A DNA stretch of 64,000 nucleotides from an uncultured Chloroflexia bacterium (GTDB taxonomy: Bacteria; Chloroflexota; Limnocylindria; Limnocylindrales; CSP1-4): contig CAVVJT010000010.1 in the NCBI GenBank assembly GCA_963748625.1, positions 192,001 through 256,000 on the forward strand, read 5' to 3'. Made by a program: the position numbers and the translations under genes. The notes beneath the pieces were generated by a model. That model was given only the letters and a program-made list of their open reading frames with translations, did no database searches and was not told the origin of the DNA. Positions 22,166-30,682 of the stretch are shown here, in pieces. Each line of letters opens with the position of its first letter. Within the stretch, counting starts at the first letter, position 1.

Positions 22166-23992
22166 TCAGGGATACACGGTGACGGCCGGGTTCACGTGCC
22201 GCTCAGGCACGAGGTCCGGGGTCGTGATGGCGTCGTGGGCGATGCGCCGGAAGAGCTCGAACGACATCACCGGCATCTCCAGCTGGCCGACCCGGACAAC
22301 GGTGGGCTGGCCCTCCTCGATCCGCACCGCGACCACCAGGTCGGGCTTCGCCTTCTCGCGTGCGATGTAGCCGACGAACGAGTAGTTGAACAGGTTGACC
22401 TTCCACCTGCCCTTCTCGGAGTCCCAGATCTGCGCGGTGCCGGTCTTGCCGCCCACCTCGAACCCGGGCACCCTTGTGCGGCCGCGGTAGAAGTCCACCT
22501 CGCTGATGACGTGCTTCATCATCCCCGTGAGCGTGAGTGACAGGTCGTCGGTCATCAACCGGCCCTTCACGATCGGTGCGGTCTCGCGCTCGCCCACGCT
22601 CTTGACGACCCGGGGCTGGACCAGCACGCCGCCGTTGAGCATGGCGCCAAAGGCCTGCGCAAGCTGGACCGGGGTCACGGCCACGCCCTGGCCGAAGGCG
22701 CCGTTCGCGAGATCGATCTGGCGCCACTCCTTCGTCGCGGGGTCGCGCACGATGCCTGGCACCTCGTTGGCAACGTCGATGCCCGTGGCCCGCCCGAAGC
22801 CGAACTGGGTCCAGGTCTCGTGCAACCGCCTGGACGCGGCCTCGGTCGTCTTGCCGAGCCGCAGCGCCGCCTTCGCGGCCACGACGTTGCGCGAGTAGGC
22901 GATCGCGTCCTCGAAGGTCATCCTGCCCCTGGCCTTGCGGTCCGCGTCATCGACCTTCGCGGTATGCCCGTCGAGCCACAGCGTGCCCGTGTCGTTGAAC
23001 TTGGTCTTCGTGGTCACCTTCCCGCTGGCCAGCACCGCCGCGGCCGTGAACATCTTGAACACGGAGCCCGGCTCGTACACCGTGGACACGATGGGGTCCA
23101 CGAACCGGCCGGGGTCCTCGGCGGCGACCGACCGGTACTCGTTCGCGTCGTAGGAGGGGTAGCTCCCGTAGGCGAAGACCTCGCCGGTGTACGGGTCCAT
23201 GACCACCGCGGACACGCGCTTGGCGCGGTCCGCGACCCAGGCAGCGAGCAGCTCCTGCTCGAGCGCGACCTGGAGCGACGCGTCGATCGTGAGGGTCAGG
23301 TTCTGGCCCGGATACCCCTGCTCCAGCACCGACGAGGTGTCCGGCACGGCATTGCCGAAGGCGTCCTGCTGCGCGGCCACGAACGTGGACATGCCCGCCA
23401 GGTCGTCCTGGTAGAACTGCTCCACCCCGTACTGCCCGAGACCCTCCCGGTTCACAAAGCCCAGGAGGTGGGCGGCCAGCGTGGTCCGTGGACCACCGCC
23501 CGACTGCGGGTACAGGCGCACCGACTGCGGGTCGAGGATGAGGCCGGCCAGCACTGGATCCTTGCCGCCGGAGAGCTCGCGGATCCGCTCCGAGATCTCC
23601 GGGTCGAGGTCGCGGGCGAGGACCGTGTACTCCGCCTCCGAGGTCATCCGCTGGCGCAGCGTCGCGGCCGCCTCATCGGTCAGGCCGAGCAGGGCCACAA
23701 GGCGGTCGGCCACCGCTTCCCGCCGGGCGGGGGACAGCAGCTTGGGGTTGGCCGCGAGCCGGTCGCGGGACACCGAGGTGGCCAGCACGACGGTGCCGGT
23801 GCGGTCGTAGATGGATCCGCGCTCGGCAGGGATCTCGTAGCTCATCGACGACTGCTGGACGGCCATCGCCGCCAACTCGTCGCGCCGGATGATCTGCCAG
23901 TTCGCGAGACGCAGCACGAGACTCCCCGCGAACACCACGAACACGAGGAGGAGGAGGATCAGGCGCGTGCGCGAATCGGTCCGGCCCAGCAT
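22166..23992 (-). CDS. ftsI: Class B penicillin-binding protein FtsI/PBP2-3
   Basis: RGSIYDR, EPGSVFK (SxxK), SRN (SxN), KTGT. Confidence 0.95.
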   Translation of the reverse strand: MLGRTDSRTRLILLLLVFVVFAGSLVLRLANWQIIRRDELAAMAVQQSSMSYEIPAERGSIYDRTGTVVLATSVSRDRLAANPKLLSPARREAVADRLVALLGLTDEAAATLRQRMTSEAEYTVLARDLDPEISERIRELSGGKDPVLAGLILDPQSVRLYPQSGGGPRTTLAAHLLGFVNREGLGQYGVEQFYQDDLAGMSTFVAAQQDAFGNAVPDTSSVLEQGYPGQNLTLTIDASLQVALEQELLAAWVADRAKRVSAVVMDPYTGEVFAYGSYPSYDANEYRSVAAEDPGRFVDPIVSTVYEPGSVFKMFTAAAVLASGKVTTKTKFNDTGTLWLDGHTAKVDDADRKARGRMTFEDAIAYSRNVVAAKAALRLGKTTEAASRRLHETWTQFGFGRATGIDVANEVPGIVRDPATKEWRQIDLANGAFGQGVAVTPVQLAQAFGAMLNGGVLVQPRVVKSVGERETAPIVKGRLMTDDLSLTLTGMMKHVISEVDFYRGRTRVPGFEVGGKTGTAQIWDSEKGRWKVNLFNYSFVGYIAREKAKPDLVVAVRIEEGQPTVVRVGQLEMPVMSFELFRRIAHDAITTPDLVPERHVNPAVTVYP

Positions 23993-24011
23993 CGTCGGCG
24001 GTTCCTGGCGG

Positions 24012-24407
24012 CTACTTGGGCGCGATGACTTCGGGCTCGGACAGCGGGCCCAGGCCGGCGTCGATCGCCTGCTTGCGGATCGCCGGCGCCTTGCCGAGGC
24101 GGTTCAGCTCGTTGTGGAGATCCTCCACCCGGTTGTCCAGCTGCATCCGCTTGGCTGCGAGGCGGTCCATCTCGTAGCCGGTGGCCGACACGCGGATGTC
24201 CTGCGACAGCGAGAAGAAGGCACCCGCGAAGAGCACCACGATCACGGCCAGCAGGATGCTGATGTGCGACGGTCCCCGGCGGGCGCGGACGGCCGCACGC
24301 ATGCGGCGGCGAGGCAGCGCCGGGGCCTGGACCTCCACGCGGGGCGCACGGGGCGCGCGCGGGAGGACGACGGTGCGCGGTGCTCGCGCACCCTGGTAGA
24401 CAGCCAT
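24012..24407 (-). CDS. ftsL: FtsL-like cell division protein
   Basis: Basic N-terminus, one TM, coiled coil; immediately upstream of ftsI. Confidence 0.7.
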   Translation of the reverse strand: MAVYQGARAPRTVVLPRAPRAPRVEVQAPALPRRRMRAAVRARRGPSHISILLAVIVVLFAGAFFSLSQDIRVSATGYEMDRLAAKRMQLDNRVEDLHNELNRLGKAPAIRKQAIDAGLGPLSEPEVIAPK

Positions 24408-24410
24408 CGA

Positions 24411-24608
24411 TCAGTCGCCGGTGGCGTAGTGCAGCCGGGGCGTGCGGGGATCGATGAACGCGAGACGGTCGGCAATGCCGGAGGCGGCCAGGTCGTCGAG
24501 CGCCAGGCCGAGATCATCGGGCTGGTTGTCGCGCTGGCGGCGCTCGTACAGCTCGTGCTGGCGGCGGCCGTAGTTCTTGCGGCGATTGGACTGGTGACGC
24601 TTGCTCAC
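24411..24608 (-). CDS. Hypothetical 65-aa basic protein
   Basis: GGAGGAG RBS before GTG; stop 3 nt before ftsL start; no recognisable family. Confidence 0.7.
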   Translation of the reverse strand: MSKRHQSNRRKNYGRRQHELYERRQRDNQPDDLGLALDDLAASGIADRLAFIDPRTPRLHYATGD

Positions 24609-24723
24609 GGGACTCCTCCTCCGTGGGCTCGGGCCGGCGTCCCCGCTGGGGGCCGGATCGACAGTGGCGCGGGTCGGCGCGTGGGGCTGTCGGTCTTCTC
24701 CTCCTCGTCCTCCTCTGGTCTGG

Positions 24724-25668
24724 TCAGGCCGCGAGCCGCTCGGCGGCGCGCAGGCGCGCGCTCCGGGCCCGGGGGTTGGCGTCGATCTCGGCCTCGGTGG
24801 GGACCAGCGACGGGCGGGTCACGAGGCGCAGGCGGGGTGTCTTGCCGCAGATGCACACGGGCGCCGACGGCGGACAGGTGCAGCCCCGCCGCTCGGCGTT
24901 GAGGAACTGCTTGACGATGCGGTCCTCCAGCGAGTGGTAGGACAGCACGACGATCCGGCCACCCGGGCGCAGCAGGTCCACGGCGGCGGCCAGGCCCTCC
25001 TCGAGGGCGTCGAGCTCCTCGTTGACGGCGATCCGCAGGGCCTGGAACACGCGCGTCGCAGGATGGGTGCGGCGCGGCTGCCGCGGGTTGCCCGGCACGA
25101 CGCGCTCCACGAGCGCCGCCAGGTCCTCCGCTGACTCGATGGGCTCTGTCGCCCGCGCGGCCACGATGGCCTTGGCGATTCTCCACGCGGCCGGCTCCTC
25201 GCCGTACTTGCGGAACAGCGCAGCGAGGTCGTCCGCCGAGAGCGTGGCCAGCAGCTTCGAGGCGGGGACACCGCGATCGGTGTCGAACCGCATGTCCAGG
25301 GGGCCGCCGGCGCGGAACCCGAACCCCCGGGCGCGGTCGGCGAGCTGGTAGGACGAGAGTCCCAGGTCGAAGAAGGCGCCGTCGACCGCGCCGAACCCGG
25401 CGGCAGGGGCCACCTCGGCCAGCTCGCGGAAGTTCGCCTGGCGGAGGACGAGGCGATCGCCGAAGCGCGCCAGCCGCTCCCCCACCCGGGCAATGGCCAG
25501 CCGGTCGGCGTCGAGTCCGAGGACTCGCCCGTCGGGGCTGGCGGCCTCCAGGATCCGCTCGGTGTGCCCACCGCCGCCGAGCGTGGCATCGATCTGCAGG
25601 CTGCCGGGTGCCGGGGCCAGGGTCTCGAGGACCTCGGCCGGCATCACCGGCGTGTGCCCTTCCTGCAT
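24724..25668 (-). CDS. rsmH: 16S rRNA m4C1402 methyltransferase
   Basis: HTPVM, DATLGGGGH, DLGLSS, PLDMR, FQALRIAVNEEL, HSLEDRIVK, NPRARSARLR. Confidence 0.97.
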   Translation of the reverse strand: MQEGHTPVMPAEVLETLAPAPGSLQIDATLGGGGHTERILEAASPDGRVLGLDADRLAIARVGERLARFGDRLVLRQANFRELAEVAPAAGFGAVDGAFFDLGLSSYQLADRARGFGFRAGGPLDMRFDTDRGVPASKLLATLSADDLAALFRKYGEEPAAWRIAKAIVAARATEPIESAEDLAALVERVVPGNPRQPRRTHPATRVFQALRIAVNEELDALEEGLAAAVDLLRPGGRIVVLSYHSLEDRIVKQFLNAERRGCTCPPSAPVCICGKTPRLRLVTRPSLVPTEAEIDANPRARSARLRAAERLAA

Positions 25669-25729
25669 CTCTCCTCCACGGTCAGGTTGCGGATCCCGAG
25701 CGGACCCTGGAAGCGCATGTGGTTCGACG

Positions 25730-26167
25730 TCAGATCCCCAGGTTCGCGATGGCGGCCGCGAAGTCATCCGGATCCCGGAGCTTCTCGTCGTAGCCGTCCC
25801 AGCGCTTCGGCGTCCAGAGCTCGATCCGGTCCTGGACGCCCAGGACCACCGTCTCGCCCTCGAGCTGCGCGTACTCGCGAAGGTGTGCGGGGACCAGGAT
25901 CCGGCCCTGCTTGTCCATGGGCTCCTCACTCGCCCCACCGAAGATGTGGCGCTGGAGGAGGCGGGCATTCGGGTCGGTGAACGGCAGAGCTCCCACCTTC
26001 GCCGCGATCGAATCCCACTTGGCGGCTGGGAAGATCGCGAGGCACCCGTCGATCCAGCGGGCAACCGTGCACCCGCCGACTAGCTCGCCGCGGAACTTCG
26101 CGGGCACGGCAAGCCGGCCCTTGTCATCCACTGCGTGCCGAAACGTGCCTTTGAACTCGCTGGGCAC
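25730..26167 (-). CDS. mraZ: Transcriptional regulator MraZ
   Basis: DDKGRL and DKQGRI SpoVT/AbrB repeats, IELW. Confidence 0.96.
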   Translation of the reverse strand: MPSEFKGTFRHAVDDKGRLAVPAKFRGELVGGCTVARWIDGCLAIFPAAKWDSIAAKVGALPFTDPNARLLQRHIFGGASEEPMDKQGRILVPAHLREYAQLEGETVVLGVQDRIELWTPKRWDGYDEKLRDPDDFAAAIANLGI

Positions 26168-26246
26168 CCGTCCGTCTCCCTGACGTCAGGCGGCGCGCTG
26201 GCGGTCTGATCAACCCCTGGTTCTGGGTCCGGTCACCCGGATCCTC

Positions 26247-26273
26247 CCCACTTTCCACCACTTTGCGCCACTT
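26247..26273 (-). promoter_or_regulatory. MraZ binding repeats (3 x GTGG at 10-bp period)
   Basis: Minus strand AAGTGGCGCAAAGTGGTGGAAAGTGGG upstream of mraZ. Confidence 0.85.
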
Positions 26274-26278
26274 CGGGC

Positions 26279-26306
26279 ATTCTAGCGCCCGAACCCGCCC
26301 CGTCAA
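26279..26306 (-). promoter_or_regulatory. sigma70-type dcw promoter
   Basis: TTGACG-N16-TAGAAT on the minus strand, just upstream of the MraZ boxes. Confidence 0.75.
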
Positions 26307-26590
26307 TGGCGAAATCGCACGCAGGACTGGCGCTGGGGGGCGAATCGGCACAACCGCGACCGTGGCGTGCACGGGCAGCGGGCCAACCAGCGCGTGCCCT
26401 GTCGATTCCGCCCGGCCAGGGAGCCAGAGCGCGCCCGCCAGGCCCGTGGACCCCCAGCCACGACCCGGTGGGAGAGCAGGTGTCGCACGGCACTCGACGG
26501 TTCGCCCGGCCAGCGTGCATCGGCACGGCGTGCATCCACGCGACGTGCAGCCCAGCGCACAGCGTCCAGGGGCGCGCGGGGAGCGCCAGG

Positions 26591-27286
26591 TCAGCGCGGA
26601 GGCAGGAACCGGTACCCGAGGCGGCGCTCGGTCTGGATGTAGCGCGGATGCTCCGGGTCGTCACCGAGCTTGTCGCGCAGTCGGCGGATGTACACGCGGA
26701 CGTAATCCGTCTCGTCCACGTACTCGCGACCCCAGACCTTCGCCAGCAGCGTCCCGTGCTGGAGGACATGCCCGACGTTGCGGACCAGGTGGTACAGCAG
26801 CTTGTACTCGGTCGGCGTGAGGTCGAGGCGCTCGCCGCGCAATCGGGCCTCCTGGCGTGCGAAGTCCACCTCGAGGTCACCGGAGCAGAACGACGGGGCG
26901 CGGCTGGCCGGTGCGGGCATGTCGTGGCGGCGCAGGACCGCTCGCACGCGGGCCATCAGCTCGAGGTGGTTGAAGGGCTTCGTGACGTAGTCGTCGGCTC
27001 CCAGCTCCAGGCCCTTCACCTTGTCCAGCGCGTCGTCGCGGGCGGTGAGCATCACCACCGGCACGTCCGAGAACTCACGGAGCTCGCGAAGGATGTCGAA
27101 CCCGTCCCGACCGGGCAGCCCGATGTCGAGCAGCACGATGTCGGGCGCTTCGTGCTCGACGATGTCGAGGGCCCGCTCGCCGTCGCCGGCGCCAAGGACA
27201 TCGACCTCGCGCCACTGGAGGGCAAAGCCGAGGCGCACGGACTCGACCACGTCTGGCTCATCGTCCACGACGAGGATGCGCATCAT
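26591..27286 (-). CDS. OmpR/PhoB (KdpE-like) response regulator
   Basis: LVVDDE, LLDIGLP, GADDYVTKPF, LTPTEY, YIRRLRDKL, GYRF. Confidence 0.95.
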   Translation of the reverse strand: MMRILVVDDEPDVVESVRLGFALQWREVDVLGAGDGERALDIVEHEAPDIVLLDIGLPGRDGFDILRELREFSDVPVVMLTARDDALDKVKGLELGADDYVTKPFNHLELMARVRAVLRRHDMPAPASRAPSFCSGDLEVDFARQEARLRGERLDLTPTEYKLLYHLVRNVGHVLQHGTLLAKVWGREYVDETDYVRVYIRRLRDKLGDDPEHPRYIQTERRLGYRFLPPR

Positions 27287-28305
27287 GGCGCGTCCTCCTC
27301 CGGACCCGCCGTCGGCACCACGAGGCCGAAGCGGCTCCCCTCGCCCACCACGCTCGTGACCTCGATCGTCCCCCCGTGGGCCTGGGCGATCGCGAGGGCG
27401 GTCGGCAGACCAAGGCCAACCCCTTCGCGCGGGCCGGTCCGGTCACTTCGGCCTACGAAGAACCGCTCGAAGAGACGAGCCTGGTCCGCCTCGTGAATGC
27501 CCGGGCCGTCGTCCGCCACGCTCCATGCCGTGTCATCCGCACGCCGGTCCACGGTGACCCGGATCTCGCCGCCGGTGGGTGAGAAGCGCTGGGCGTTGGC
27601 GACGAGGTTCACGAGTGCCTGCTCAAGGCGCCGGCGGTCACCATAAACGCGGTGGTCGCCGCCGACGCGCACGTCGAGGGAGATCCGCTGGCCGCGCGTG
27701 GCGGCCATGGGCTCGACGACGGCGATCGCGGACTCTGCGAGCGCAGCCGCCCCGAATCGGCGCAGCTGCAGCGTGACGTGGCCGGCCCGGAAGCGGGAGA
27801 GCTCGAGGATGTCGTCCACCAGGCGCTGCATCCGGTCCCCGTTACGCTCGATCGCCGCCAACAGCGCGCGACGCTGGTCGTCGGTGGGGGCCGACGTCGG
27901 GTCGAGCAGCAGGCCGACGCTGGTCCGGACAGCGGTCAGGGGCGTACGCAGCTCGTGGGCGATCGTGGACAGCAGGTCGGTTCGAAGGCGCTCGAGCTCC
28001 TCGAGCGGGATCGCCGCCTCGCCATGGATCGCGACCTCCATCGAGCGCTGGCCCAGTGAGGTCGCGACGTAGCGCGCGCTCTGCCCGGCGCGCCGGGAGG
28101 CGCGCACGAGGCCCAGGCGGGCGAGCTCGCGCAGGAGTTTCTCGGCCACGTGTGGCTCCAGCACGGCGCCTTGCCCAGCGAACCGGGAGCGGAGGTCCGC
28201 CGCTGTGGCCGACGGGGGCACGAGCGCCAAGGCCGCCGTCAGCAACGGGGAGCGCGGCGGGGCCTGGGCAGACTCGGCCGCCCCGGGAGCAGAGGACAGC
28301 GGCAT
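27283..28305 (-). CDS. Soluble sensor histidine kinase with N-terminal winged-helix-like segment
   Basis: H-box AHELRTPL, N-box NLVANA, DDGPGI, GLGL; no TM; TATGCT 6 nt before ATG 28305. Confidence 0.9.
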   Translation of the reverse strand: MPLSSAPGAAESAQAPPRSPLLTAALALVPPSATAADLRSRFAGQGAVLEPHVAEKLLRELARLGLVRASRRAGQSARYVATSLGQRSMEVAIHGEAAIPLEELERLRTDLLSTIAHELRTPLTAVRTSVGLLLDPTSAPTDDQRRALLAAIERNGDRMQRLVDDILELSRFRAGHVTLQLRRFGAAALAESAIAVVEPMAATRGQRISLDVRVGGDHRVYGDRRRLEQALVNLVANAQRFSPTGGEIRVTVDRRADDTAWSVADDGPGIHEADQARLFERFFVGRSDRTGPREGVGLGLPTALAIAQAHGGTIEVTSVVGEGSRFGLVVPTAGPEEDAP

Positions 28306-28324
28306 GGATGGAGCATAGACGGCT

Positions 28325-28771
28325 TCAGCCCACATCGACGATGCGAGCCTCCCAGGTGCCGCCCGGTGCGAGGACCGTGCACCGGTCACCGGCACGCCGC
28401 TCCAGGAGCGCCATCCCAAGCGGAGTGTCCGCCCCGAGCCAGCCACGGTCCGGATCTCCGTCCGCGGGCAGCACGAGCCTGAACCTGGCCGACTCGTCGT
28501 CATCCGTCTCGATCGTCACCCGCCGGCCAATGACGACAACATCCGGCCTGCTGGTGATACGAGCCCGATCGAGGACGTCCCGAAGGGCGCCGAGCCGCTG
28601 GACTGCCACGCCTGCAAGGCGTTCGCTGCAGGCCACCCGGGAGGTCCCGGCACGCAACGCCGCCAGCTCGTCCTCGAGCGAGCGGATCTCGGCCCGCAGG
28701 GCAGCCGCCGCATGCGCCGTCATGGGCCAACTCACGGACTTCTGGGCAAAGCGGACGACGGTCGCGGACAC
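28325..28771 (-). CDS. GreA/GreB-family protein with shortened coiled coil
   Basis: C-terminal VIGRRVTI, DTPLGMALL, APGG; lacks GDLSENAEY; start 28771 (GTG) or 28723 (ATG). Confidence 0.8.
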   Translation of the reverse strand: MSATVVRFAQKSVSWPMTAHAAAALRAEIRSLEDELAALRAGTSRVACSERLAGVAVQRLGALRDVLDRARITSRPDVVVIGRRVTIETDDDESARFRLVLPADGDPDRGWLGADTPLGMALLERRAGDRCTVLAPGGTWEARIVDVG

Positions 28772-28891
28772 GCGGACTCCCGGTGATGGCGGGGCCGCCC
28801 GGAACCCGGGGCCGGCCCCATGGTGCGGGCGTCGGGGAGAACACCCACGGTCATCGTCGCCCCAGCAGGGAAACGTGGCCCACGTATCCGC

Positions 28892-28939
28892 GTGAACGCC
28901 GTGTGAACAGGACCCCGACCGTGTTCACGGCCGGTTCAC
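28892..28939. promoter_or_regulatory. Symmetric element GTGAAC-N5-GTGAAC-N14-GTTCAC-N5-GTTCAC
   Basis: Hexamers at 28892, 28903, 28923, 28934 in the divergent intergenic region. Confidence 0.6.
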
Positions 28940-29010
28940 CCACGTCCCCCCGCCCGTTGCCACGGCCCGACGACGCTGGGTCCACCCAGCAGCCCCACCG
29001 GAGCCGCCAC

Positions 29011-30306
29011 ATGACCACGGAGACACTGAGCGCCGTCGCCGGCGCCAACGCACCAGCCACGGCGGGCGGGCGCGCCCTGGCGGCCGCCCTGGCCCAGTAC
29101 GATGCTGCCGCCGACCACCTCGGCCTCGAACCTGGACTCCGGGAGGTGCTGCGCCACCCCCAGCGGGAGGTCCAGGTCCGCTTCCCGGTCAAGCTCGATG
29201 ACGGCCGCGTTCGGGTCTTCACCGGGTACCGGGTCCAGCACAACGTGGCCCGTGGACCCGCCAAGGGGGGCCTCCGCTTCCATCCCCAGGCCGATCTCGA
29301 CGACGTGCGCGCTCTCGCCATGTGGATGTCCTGGAAGTGCGCCCTGGTCAACGTCCCGTTCGGGGGAGCCAAGGGCGGGGTTACCTGCGACCCCCACGCA
29401 ATGAGCGTCAAGGAGCTCGAGGCCGTGACCCGGCGGTTCGCCACCGAGCTGCAGTCGGTCGTCGGGCCGGACCGCGACATCCCGGCCCCGGACGTGGGCA
29501 CGAATGCGCAGGTGATGGCGTGGTTCATGGACACGGTGTCCATGCATGCCGGGTATTCGGTCCCGGGCGTGGTGACCGGCAAGCCACTCTCGATCGGGGG
29601 CTCGGTCGGTCGGGCTGAAGCAACAGGGCGTGGCGTGCTGATCACGGTCGAGGATGCTGCGCGCCGGCTGGGCTTCGGGCTGCGAGGTGCGACCGTCGCC
29701 GTGCAGGGTTTCGGCAACGTGGGCGAGGCGGCGGCACGCCTGCTGCATGCCGCCGGCGCGCGCGTCGTGGCGATCACCGATGTCGGCGGCGGCGTCCACG
29801 ACCCGGACGGGCTCGATGTGCCGGCCCTCGGTCGCCGCTTCCGGGAGCACGGCACCATCGCCGGCACACCAGGCACCCGGCCGATCGGCAATGAGGCCCT
29901 CTTCGCGCTCGAGGTGGACGTCCTGGTGCTGGCCGCGCTCGAAGGCCAGATCACGGCGGCCAACGCCGGACGAGTGCGGGCACGGATCCTCGCCGAGGGC
30001 GCCAACGGCCCCGTCGATCCGTCCGCCGACCCGATCCTGCACGCCCTGGGCGTCACCGTCGTCCCGGACATCCTCTGCAACGCCGGCGGCGTGATCGTCA
30101 GCTACTTCGAATGGGCGCAGAACCGCGCGGCCCTCGCCTGGACCGAGGACGAGGTGAACGAGCGCCTGCGCCGCCAGATCCTCTCGGCCGCCGACTCGGT
30201 GTGGCATCGGGCCACGGCCGAGAGGATCACCACGCGGCTCGCCGCCCATGCCCTCGCCGTCGAGCGCGTGGCCGAGGCCACCCGCGTCCGCGGGCTCTAT
30301 CCCTGA
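29011..30306 (+). CDS. gdhA: Glu/Leu/Phe/Val dehydrogenase, likely glutamate dehydrogenase
   Basis: GPAKGGLR, MSWKCA, GGAKGG, DIPAPDVGT, GFGNVG, EGANGP, NAGGVIVSYFEW. Confidence 0.93.
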   Translation: MTTETLSAVAGANAPATAGGRALAAALAQYDAAADHLGLEPGLREVLRHPQREVQVRFPVKLDDGRVRVFTGYRVQHNVARGPAKGGLRFHPQADLDDVRALAMWMSWKCALVNVPFGGAKGGVTCDPHAMSVKELEAVTRRFATELQSVVGPDRDIPAPDVGTNAQVMAWFMDTVSMHAGYSVPGVVTGKPLSIGGSVGRAEATGRGVLITVEDAARRLGFGLRGATVAVQGFGNVGEAAARLLHAAGARVVAITDVGGGVHDPDGLDVPALGRRFREHGTIAGTPGTRPIGNEALFALEVDVLVLAALEGQITAANAGRVRARILAEGANGPVDPSADPILHALGVTVVPDILCNAGGVIVSYFEWAQNRAALAWTEDEVNERLRRQILSAADSVWHRATAERITTRLAAHALAVERVAEATRVRGLYP

Positions 30307-30332
30307 TCGGAACCACTCCAGGAGGATCGCTC

Positions 30333-30575
30333 ATGCGCGTCTACGCCAGCCCCCGCCGCGGCCACTGTGCCTCGTGCGACGGCGCCATCACCGGCCGGCC
30401 GGTCTACTTCATGGACGAGACCTACTGCTGCCTCGGTTGCTCCGGCGGAGGACCGTGCGTCTGCACCTACGAGGCCGACCTGGCCGAGGACGGCGTGGAC
30501 CACCTCGGCCTGCCGTTCGCCGTCGCCGGGGTGGCCCGCGAGGAGGAGCGGGAGGGGATCGCGGCCAGGACCTGA
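30333..30575 (+). CDS. Small Cys-rich (metallothionein/TRASH-like) protein
   Basis: AGGAGG RBS; CASC...YCCLGC...GPCVC. Confidence 0.75.
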   Translation: MRVYASPRRGHCASCDGAITGRPVYFMDETYCCLGCSGGGPCVCTYEADLAEDGVDHLGLPFAVAGVAREEEREGIAART

Positions 30576-30682
30576 CCTTCACATGGCGTCATGCGGGCCC
30601 GTCCGGCCAACCGGGCGGGCCTGTTCCGTGTCCCTGGACCCGGCCGGGGCATCGCCGGGATCCCGGGAACGACCGGCGGACC

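Noticed and set aside
26510-26552. Three CGTGCA repeats downstream of the response regulator
   Set aside because: Short, GC-rich and irregularly spaced; not distinguishable from chance
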